Below, one piece after another: positions 48,255-55,701 of a stretch of 64,000 bases of DNA. The position numbers and the translations under genes are program-made. Source of the stretch: an uncultured Alphaproteobacteria bacterium (GTDB lineage: Bacteria > Pseudomonadota > Alphaproteobacteria > GCA-002720895); the NCBI GenBank assembly GCA_902607475.1, contig CACLKH010000002.1:20872-84871 (forward strand), read 5' to 3'. Under the pieces are notes generated by a model. It worked only from the letters and a program-made list of their open reading frames with translations, was not told where the DNA came from and did no database searches. Position 1 is the first letter of the stretch. Each line of letters opens with the position of its first letter.

Positions 48255-49518
48255 AATTAAAACCTAATGAATCAATGTTTTTAAATGAATTAAAAATTAT
48301 ATAAAAGAAACTTAGTGTTGATAAAAAAAAAGGTAAATTAATATCCTGAATAACAATACAAGAAATTATTAATACATATTTAAAAATATCTTGATTTATT
48401 TGGAAGTGATTAAAATTAATAATAGTTACTAAATAAAAGAATGCAGGAATAAACAAATAAAAATCATATATTGTCACATATGGATTAATTAAAAGAATAA
48501 TTATAGATCCTAAAGCTATCAATTTAGTTTTATTTTTATTATTTATTTTTAAATTAGTCAATGAGATTCTATAAATCAACCCCCCGATAAAAATAAAAAT
48601 AACGAAAATAAGCCAGATAATATTTGTAAATAATGAAGGTCCAGATAATAAATAGCCATTAAAAATAACAGCAATGTTTGTTGGAAGACTTTCTATGATA
48701 TTTCTTAAACCCAATGTGTGGTTAAAAGAAAAATAAAATTCTCTTGTATTAACTTTTTGCAATTGGCTCAAATATTCTAAAAATAATTTATTTTCAAAAA
48801 TTAGATAATAAAAGTTAACAAATATAATTATTAGAAAAGAAATAATGAAATGCTTAATATATTTTTTTTCATAGATAAATAATCCTAAAAGTGCAAATAA
48901 AAAAAACTGTGGCTTAATTAGTGATATAAAAATTATTATTAAAGAAAAAATCACTTTATAGTTTTTATGTAAACAAAAAATGGCAAATAATAATATTGCA
49001 TAAACTACATTAGAAATATTTCCAGTAGTTAATGCTTTAAATAAAATTCCTCCAAAGGAAAAAAAAATTAATAATGGATAAATTATTTTAAATTTTTGTA
49101 TTGGAAAAATTTTATATGAGAAAAATGATACTGTAATTACTGAAACAATGCTAACTAATAACCATATTTGTTTTATTACATTGAATTCTATTTTGCTTAT
49201 AAATGATAAGAATTTTATGTAAGTTTGACTATAAAAGTAACCTGGCATTCCCCAATCTTTTCCCAGGATGTTTTTCATACAATCAATAAGAGATTGTGGT
49301 GTTCCACTTAAGCCAAAACCATACGGAGATACACCTTCTGAGTAAATTTTTCCTGAACAGTAATTCATTAAAAGATCGTCAAATAAGTATCTATCACCAA
49401 AAACAAACTTTTCAAAAAAATAGTTGATTGTATTTGCTGTAACTATAATTAATAAAATAAAAAAAAATATTTTTAATAAAATTATTGGATCCTTTTTGAG
49501 ATTTTTTATTTTTATCAT
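48241..49518 (-). CDS. Polytopic membrane protein, GT87/DUF2029-like putative GT-C glycosyltransferase
   Basis: 425 aa, paralogous to 14049..15272. N-terminal loop DDLLMNYCSGKIYSEGVSPY. Confidence 0.5.
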   Translation of the reverse strand: MIKIKNLKKDPIILLKIFFFILLIIVTANTINYFFEKFVFGDRYLFDDLLMNYCSGKIYSEGVSPYGFGLSGTPQSLIDCMKNILGKDWGMPGYFYSQTYIKFLSFISKIEFNVIKQIWLLVSIVSVITVSFFSYKIFPIQKFKIIYPLLIFFSFGGILFKALTTGNISNVVYAILLFAIFCLHKNYKVIFSLIIIFISLIKPQFFLFALLGLFIYEKKYIKHFIISFLIIIFVNFYYLIFENKLFLEYLSQLQKVNTREFYFSFNHTLGLRNIIESLPTNIAVIFNGYLLSGPSLFTNIIWLIFVIFIFIGGLIYRISLTNLKINNKNKTKLIALGSIIILLINPYVTIYDFYLFIPAFFYLVTIINFNHFQINQDIFKYVLIISCIVIQDINLPFFLSTLSFFYIIFNSFKNIDSLGFNFEKR

Positions 49519-49532
49519 TTTTTTTTTTTTTT

Positions 49533-50315
49533 TTATTTTTTTTTTAAATTAAATTTTTTTTGATATTTAAAACCAAATCTATGTAATGAGCCAGAGAAAG
49601 TATTTATAAGTATCTTACTGGCATACTCTATGCCATTTAAATAAGAAATTTCTTTTCCGTAAAAAGTTGGAATTGCTATTTCTTTTATTTTGAAATTAGC
49701 TAATTTAAATTGAACTATTATTTCAGTATCAAAATTATAACTATTAGAGTTTAATAAAAATGGAATTTTTTTTAAAGATCTTACATTATAAATTCTATAA
49801 CCAGAATGAAACTCAGATAATTTTGTTCCAAGTAAAAAATTTTGAATTTTTGTTAAAATAATATTTCCTATAAATTTATAAAAAGGCATACCACCTTTAA
49901 TCGCATCCTTTTTATTTATCATTCTTGAACCAAAGACAGCATCATATTTTTTATTAATTATTTCATTTAGTAATTTGGGTAATTTTTCAGGAGCATACTG
50001 TCCGTCACCATGTAACAATACAACATAATCAAAATTATTTCTTATCGCATAAGAATAACCTGCCTTTTGACTGCCTCCATAACCAAGGTTTTTTTTATTT
50101 TGAGCGATATTAATATTGTATTTTTTTTTTTTTTTTAATTTTAGAGCTCTTTTATAAGTTTTATCTTTAGATGCATCATCGTTAATTAATATTTGAGTAT
50201 TATATTTTTCAATACTTTTAGGTATTCTATTTAATACACTTTCAAGAAAATTTTCAACATTATAGGCTGTTACAAGTATCAATATTTTAATACTTTTATT
50301 CTTTTTTTTTAGCAT
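49533..50315 (-). CDS. Family 2 glycosyltransferase (polyprenyl-phosphate sugar synthase-like)
   Basis: LVTAYNVENF, NDDASKDKT, YGGSQKAGY and LLHGDGQYAPE motifs. Close paralog of 53403..54239. Confidence 0.85.
   Translation of the reverse strand: MLKKKNKSIKILILVTAYNVENFLESVLNRIPKSIEKYNTQILINDDASKDKTYKRALKLKKKKKYNINIAQNKKNLGYGGSQKAGYSYAIRNNFDYVVLLHGDGQYAPEKLPKLLNEIINKKYDAVFGSRMINKKDAIKGGMPFYKFIGNIILTKIQNFLLGTKLSEFHSGYRIYNVRSLKKIPFLLNSNSYNFDTEIIVQFKLANFKIKEIAIPTFYGKEISYLNGIEYASKILINTFSGSLHRFGFKYQKKFNLKKK
49852..49898. repeat. 47-nt perfect inverted repeat, arm 1 (inside GT2 49533..50315)
   Basis: The reverse complement of 49852..49898 equals 53814..53860 exactly (aaaggtggtatgcctttttataaatttataggaaatattattttaac), compared base by base. 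Confidence 0.85.
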
Positions 50316-50366
50316 TATTATTTTAAGATAAAAATATTTTTTTCTATCTTATCAATAAAAAAAAAA

Positions 50367-51368
50367 ATGAAAATTTTTATTTCTGGCATTGCAGGGTTTC
50401 TTGGCAGCCATATAGCTGACAAAATGATTTCATTAGGTCATAAAGTCTCAGGATGCGATAATCTGATAGGAGGCTACCTTGATAACGTTCCTGACAAAGC
50501 TAATTTTTACCAAATAGATTGTAACGATTATTCAACAATGGTAAAAATTACTAAGGGAATAGATATTGTTATTCATTGTGCAGCAACGGCCTATGAAGGT
50601 TTGAGTGTTTTTAGTCCAAATATTGTTACTCAAAATATTGTAGGATCATCTGTTTCATTAATTACTGCAGCTATTTCTAATAAAGTTAAACGTATCGTTT
50701 ATTGTTCTTCAATGGCAAGATATGGCACAAACAAAGTACCTTTTACTGAAAACATGATTCCAAAACCTCAAGATCCATATGGTATTGGTAAAGTTGCAGG
50801 AGAAGATTTTTTAAAAAATTTATGTGGTATACATAATGTTGAATGGGTTATAGCCGTTCCTCATAATATAGTTGGACCAAGACAAAAATATGATGATCCA
50901 TATAGGAATGTAGCAAGTATTATGATTAATTTAATGTTGCAAAAAAGACAACCGATAATATATGGAAACGGAAAACAAAAGAGATGTTTCTCTTTTATTC
51001 AAGATGATATTGATATTTTAACTAAATTAGCTTTCAGCAAAAAAGCAAAAAATCAAATAATAAACATTGGACCAGACGAAGAATTTATAACAATTAATGA
51101 ATTAGCAAATACTATTGCTAATTTATTAGCTTTTAATGTTAATCCTATATATAAAAAAGAAAGGCCACAGGAAGTATTTTTAGCCAATTGCTCGGCACAA
51201 AAAGCAAGAAAATTATTTAATTATAAAACTAATTATACTTTAAAAAAAGGTTTAACTGAAATGATTGAATATATTGAAAATAAAGGCGTTAGAAAATTTA
51301 AATACCATCTTGATTTAGAAATAGTTAATAATTTAACTCCAGTTACATGGAAAAATAAAATTTTTTAG
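50367..51368 (+). CDS. NAD-dependent epimerase/dehydratase (extended SDR)
   Basis: ISGIAGFLGSH Rossmann motif, CSSMARYG, YGIGK (Yx3K). Confidence 0.85.
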   Translation: MKIFISGIAGFLGSHIADKMISLGHKVSGCDNLIGGYLDNVPDKANFYQIDCNDYSTMVKITKGIDIVIHCAATAYEGLSVFSPNIVTQNIVGSSVSLITAAISNKVKRIVYCSSMARYGTNKVPFTENMIPKPQDPYGIGKVAGEDFLKNLCGIHNVEWVIAVPHNIVGPRQKYDDPYRNVASIMINLMLQKRQPIIYGNGKQKRCFSFIQDDIDILTKLAFSKKAKNQIINIGPDEEFITINELANTIANLLAFNVNPIYKKERPQEVFLANCSAQKARKLFNYKTNYTLKKGLTEMIEYIENKGVRKFKYHLDLEIVNNLTPVTWKNKIF

Positions 51369-51389
51369 GTTTATTAGGATTTAATTAAA

Positions 51390-52013
51390 TTGAAAAAAGA
51401 AAAAATAATTTTAATTGTTATTATTTCTTTATCAATAATTTATATTCTAAATTGGGTCTGGCATTCAAAATTTACAAATTATTTTATTAGTGAAAAAACA
51501 AGCACAACTAAAAAAGTTAATGAGAATAAAAAGGTATTAATAAAAAATATAAAAAATATTGATAAAATAAATTTAATTGAAGAAAGATTTAAAAATTTAT
51601 ATAAAAAAATTGATTTATCTACTTCAATCGGATATGTAACTGATTTAAACGGTAGCTATGATTGGGTAAGAAATTTTCAGTACACTCAATATACTTTGTC
51701 CCCAGCTATTTTAGATGAAACAAATTATAATGGTTTAATTATAGGAAACTTTACAGATGTAAATGTTGTAAATAAAATTAAGAAACTGGATTATATTTTT
51801 TGTAAAAAAAAAATTAATAAAAACAATAGTTCATATCTAACTATGGATGATTTGTATAAAATTGAAAATCAATTAGTTATTTATTCACCAAAATTAGTAA
51901 ATACAGGATATTTTTATAAAGAGACTTACGATTGTAAAAAAAATTATAAAATATCTATTTTAGAAGAGCTAGGAAATGGAGTAGTTTTATTAAAAATAGA
52001 AAACTTAGATTAA
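51390..52013 (+). CDS. Hypothetical membrane-anchored protein
   Basis: 207 aa, TTG start, one N-terminal helix (IILIVIISLSIIYILNWVW). No recognisable domain. Confidence 0.45.
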   Translation: MKKEKIILIVIISLSIIYILNWVWHSKFTNYFISEKTSTTKKVNENKKVLIKNIKNIDKINLIEERFKNLYKKIDLSTSIGYVTDLNGSYDWVRNFQYTQYTLSPAILDETNYNGLIIGNFTDVNVVNKIKKLDYIFCKKKINKNNSSYLTMDDLYKIENQLVIYSPKLVNTGYFYKETYDCKKNYKISILEELGNGVVLLKIENLD

Positions 52014-52017
52014 AATA

Positions 52018-53250
52018 ATGAACTTTTTAATTTTATTTATTGGATTATTTACAAATTATATTTTTGGTTGTTTTTTTTGTAAAAATTTTTTCTTCAAAAA
52101 TAATGAAGCTGTTTTAGAAAATTTTTTTATTAAAAATTTTTTTGGTTTTTTCTTTACTTCTTCTATTTATTTTTTTTTACTTTTCACATTTAATATTTCA
52201 CCTTTAAAAATTCTATTAACAGAATTATTTTTTCTTATTATTTTTTTATATTTTTCAAAATCATATTTAAAAATTTTTTTTATAGATAAGTTTAGATTTA
52301 ACTTAAAAAAAATAAGAATAAACTTTATTGAAAACAAGATAATTTATTTTTTTCTTGCAATTTATAGTTTTATTTTTTTTTTTAGAAATATAAAATCTCC
52401 GCATGGTGAAATCGATGCTATTAACCATTGGGGAAGAGGCGCAAGATTTTTATTCAGAGATAATGAATTTTGGACAAACAATTTTGATTTAAGATTTCTT
52501 TTTCATACTGATTACCCACTATTTATCCAGTCTACCGTTTCTAGAATTTGGAGTCTTTTAAATTTTGAAACACAGTTAGTACCGATAACTATTCATTATT
52601 TATTTTTTTTAGGTTTTCCTTTAATTTTTTATAAATTAATAAAAAAAATATTTAGTCATAATATTTCTTTAATCTCAACTCTATTTCTAATTTGCTTTCC
52701 GTTTTATTCACAAGTAGCAATGAGTCATTATGCAGATATACAATTATCATTTTTTATGTTTTTAAGTGTTTTTTTTGCATTTAATTTATTTATTAACGAA
52801 AAAAATAATATAAATCCAAATTTGTTCTTTTTTTTAGGATTTTTGACTGGTATTACATCATGGGTTAAAAGTGAAGGTATTCTATTTTCATTGATAGTTT
52901 TTTTATCGTTAATTTTTGTATTTTATTTATATAAAGAAAAATTTTTTTTTAAAAAAATATTTTATTATATTTTTGGTTTTTTTATTTCTTTTATCCCTCA
53001 TTTATCACTTAGTTATATTTTTAAAACAAAAACTGAAATATTAAGATTTCAAACATTATCGGATAAAATTAACTTTATTTCTGATTATCAAAATGTTTTA
53101 GATGTATTGAAATGTTTTTTTATGGAAATGATAAAATTTAATAATTACTCATTAATCTTACTTATTTCTTCAATATACTTTCTAGGTTTTCATTTTAAAA
53201 AACAAAAACATATTATATTTATATTTTCTATATTATTTATATTTTTTTAA
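52018..53250 (+). CDS. Polytopic membrane protein, ArnT/PMT-like (GT-C) candidate, apparently truncated by a frameshift
   Basis: 410 aa with more than 10 hydrophobic helices and an HTDYPLF loop. The ORF stops right after a T7 run. A plausible C-terminus continues in another frame (see 53247..53375). Confidence 0.5.
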   Translation: MNFLILFIGLFTNYIFGCFFCKNFFFKNNEAVLENFFIKNFFGFFFTSSIYFFLLFTFNISPLKILLTELFFLIIFLYFSKSYLKIFFIDKFRFNLKKIRINFIENKIIYFFLAIYSFIFFFRNIKSPHGEIDAINHWGRGARFLFRDNEFWTNNFDLRFLFHTDYPLFIQSTVSRIWSLLNFETQLVPITIHYLFFLGFPLIFYKLIKKIFSHNISLISTLFLICFPFYSQVAMSHYADIQLSFFMFLSVFFAFNLFINEKNNINPNLFFFLGFLTGITSWVKSEGILFSLIVFLSLIFVFYLYKEKFFFKKIFYYIFGFFISFIPHLSLSYIFKTKTEILRFQTLSDKINFISDYQNVLDVLKCFFMEMIKFNNYSLILLISSIYFLGFHFKKQKHIIFIFSILFIFF

Positions 53251-53375
53251 CGCCTCTAGATCCTGTTCTTCATATAAAAACTTCATTAAATAGAATATTA
53301 TTTCAATATCATCCAATAATAATTTTAGCCTTTTTTAGTTTATGTACTAAAATTAAAATAAAGAATAAATTTTAA
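53247..53375 (+). other. Out-of-frame C-terminal continuation (about 42 codons) of the 52018..53250 membrane protein
   Basis: Reading one base later after the T-run gives LTPLDPVLHIKTSLNRILFQYHPIIILAFFSLCTKIKIKNKF-stop. It is open and protein-like, in what would otherwise be a 152-nt intergenic gap (long for this genome). Confidence 0.5.
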
Positions 53376-53402
53376 AAATGTTTTAAGGTGTAAGAATTTA
53401 TA

Positions 53403-54239
53403 TTGAAAAAAAAAAGACTATTGATATTTATCGTTGCTTATAATGCTGAGAAAACTATAGATAAAGTTTTTGAAAGAATACCAAAAAGATTATCAAAGAT
53501 TTATAATATAGAAATACTTGTTATTGATGATTGTTCAAATGATAAGACTTTTGAAGTTTGTAGAAAAATAAAAAAAACAAAAAAATTAAATTTTAAATTT
53601 AATTTTTTTTATAATCCTGTAAATCAAGGATATGGGGGTAATCAAAAAATGGGATATCATTACGCTATAAAAAAAAATTTTGATTACGTTGTACTTCTTC
53701 ATGGTGATGGGCAGTATGCTCCAGAAGCATTACCTAGTCTTTTAGAAAATTTATTAAAAAGAAAATGTGATGTTGTTATTGGCTCTAGAATGGTAAATAA
53801 GAAAATGGCTTTAAAAGGTGGTATGCCTTTTTATAAATTTATAGGAAATATTATTTTAACCAACATTCAAAATTTCTTGCTTAATACAAATTTAGCTGAA
53901 TTTCATTCTGGTTATAGAATATATTCAGTAAATTCTTTAAAAAATATTCCTTTTTACTTAAATACTAATGATTTTCATTTTGACACTGAAATTTTAATAC
54001 AATTTTTTTTAATTGATAAAAAAGTTGAAGAAGTATCTATACCAACATTTTATGGTGACGAAATTTGCCATGTAAATGGTATTAAATATGCATTTAATGT
54101 ATTAAGAGTTACTATGATTGCAAACTTACAAAAATTATTTAATTTTAAATTAACAAAAAAATTTGAAAGAAATAATAATTTAAAATATGATAATTCTAAA
54201 TTCGATAAATTATTGTATAAAGCGGCTAGAAGAAAATAA
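53403..54239 (+). CDS. Family 2 glycosyltransferase (polyprenyl-phosphate sugar synthase-like)
   Basis: TTG start. VAYNAEKTI, IDDCSNDKT, YGGNQKMGY and LLHGDGQYAPE motifs. Inverted paralog of 49533..50315. Confidence 0.85.
   Translation: MKKKRLLIFIVAYNAEKTIDKVFERIPKRLSKIYNIEILVIDDCSNDKTFEVCRKIKKTKKLNFKFNFFYNPVNQGYGGNQKMGYHYAIKKNFDYVVLLHGDGQYAPEALPSLLENLLKRKCDVVIGSRMVNKKMALKGGMPFYKFIGNIILTNIQNFLLNTNLAEFHSGYRIYSVNSLKNIPFYLNTNDFHFDTEILIQFFLIDKKVEEVSIPTFYGDEICHVNGIKYAFNVLRVTMIANLQKLFNFKLTKKFERNNNLKYDNSKFDKLLYKAARRK
53814..53860. repeat. 47-nt perfect inverted repeat, arm 2 (inside GT2 53403..54239)
   Basis: Identical to the reverse complement of 49852..49898. Encodes KGGMPFYKFIGNIILT in both paralogs. 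Confidence 0.85.
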
Positions 54240-54244
54240 ATTTC

Positions 54245-55156
54245 TTATTTTTTGTAATTTCTAATTAATGTAGGTATTTTTTTTATAAAAATATTTTCCC
54301 AATTTGGCATTTGTATATTTAAAAATTTTTCTAGTTTATTAATATTTAAAAGAGAATTTAATGGTCTCTCAGCTATCTTCTGTCTTGTATTTATTTTTGT
54401 GTACATATTAGAATTTATTGGAATTAACTCTACTTTTCTAAGTTTTCCTTGAGAGTATTCAAGAATTTTTTGGGCAAGATTAAAATAATTTATACTACCT
54501 CTTGCAGATAAGTTTAATACTTTAGGATTTATTTTTTTTCTAATTATTTTTTTTAATATTCTAATTGTAGTTGTACTAATAAATTCAGCATCATTTGGGG
54601 TACCTATTTGATTATTAACTAAAAAGATTTTTTTCTTTTTTTTTATTGTTCTTATTATTTTTTTTGGAAAGTTTTCACCTTTTTCATTATATATCCAATT
54701 TAGTCTTAAAATTAAATAACTACATTTTGAAGAAATTATTTCTCTTTCTGCTTCTAATTTACATTTACCATAATAATTTATAGGATTTGCTTTGTCTTTT
54801 TCTCTCCAAGGGTTTTTTTTTTTACCATCAAATATATACACAGTTGAATAATGAACTAAAAAACATTCATTTTCAAATGCCCAATCAGCAATTTCTTTAG
54901 TTGAAGAAACATTAATTTTAAAACATTTTTTTCTATTTTTTTCTGCTTCATCAACTTCTGTAAAACCAGATGCATTAATTATTAAATGAGGTTGGAATCT
55001 GTCTATCTTTTTTTTTATAGAACTTAATTTTTCTAAATTTAATTCTTTTTTTGATAAACACTTAACTTGTTTACTTATTGTTTTTAGTTTTTTTTTAAGA
55101 TGCGAACCTATTTGTCCAGATTGTCCCAGTAAAAGTATCTTATTTATTTTTTCCAT
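54245..55156 (-). CDS. rfbD: dTDP-4-dehydrorhamnose reductase
   Basis: LLLGQSGQIGSHL Rossmann motif, YGKCK (Yx3K), RmlD-length protein. 13-nt overlap with rmlC. Confidence 0.85.
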   Translation of the reverse strand: MEKINKILLLGQSGQIGSHLKKKLKTISKQVKCLSKKELNLEKLSSIKKKIDRFQPHLIINASGFTEVDEAEKNRKKCFKINVSSTKEIADWAFENECFLVHYSTVYIFDGKKKNPWREKDKANPINYYGKCKLEAEREIISSKCSYLILRLNWIYNEKGENFPKKIIRTIKKKKKIFLVNNQIGTPNDAEFISTTTIRILKKIIRKKINPKVLNLSARGSINYFNLAQKILEYSQGKLRKVELIPINSNMYTKINTRQKIAERPLNSLLNINKLEKFLNIQMPNWENIFIKKIPTLIRNYKK

Positions 55157-55695
55157 CTTGGTAAATTTTTCATTTTTTTTAATTCATAACCTAAAGAATC
55201 TTTTTGAGATAAAATTGGCTTTTTTGTCGGCCATTTGATATTTATGAATGGATCATTCCATATAATTTCAACTTGGTTTTTTGGGTAATATTTACAGGTG
55301 CACTTGTACATTACATCAGCAGATTTACTTAGCACTAAATAACCATGGCCAAAACCTTCAGGAACCCAAAGTGATTTTTTCTTTTTTGAATCTAAAATAA
55401 CACCACACCATTTTCCAAATGCTGGACTGTTTTTTCGAACATCTACAACTACATCAAATATTCTACCATTCATAACCGATATTAACTTTCCCTGTAATTT
55501 TGGATATTGAATATGAAGACCCCTTAAAACATTTTTTTTTGAATGTGCAAAGTTTTCTTGAACAATTTTAATATTTAATTTTTTTTTTAAATATTCATCT
55601 TTGTTCCATGATTCAAAAAAAAAACCTCTATCGTCATAAAAAATCTTAGGTTCTATAACACATGGTCCTGACAGATTTAATTTTTTTATTTTCAT
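55144..55695 (-). CDS. rfbC: dTDP-4-dehydrorhamnose 3,5-epimerase
   Basis: 183 aa. DDRGFFFESWN, RGLHIQ and FGHGYLVLS cupin motifs. Confidence 0.92.
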   Translation of the reverse strand: MKIKKLNLSGPCVIEPKIFYDDRGFFFESWNKDEYLKKKLNIKIVQENFAHSKKNVLRGLHIQYPKLQGKLISVMNGRIFDVVVDVRKNSPAFGKWCGVILDSKKKKSLWVPEGFGHGYLVLSKSADVMYKCTCKYYPKNQVEIIWNDPFINIKWPTKKPILSQKDSLGYELKKMKNLPRWKK

Positions 55696-55701
55696 TAAGA
55701 T

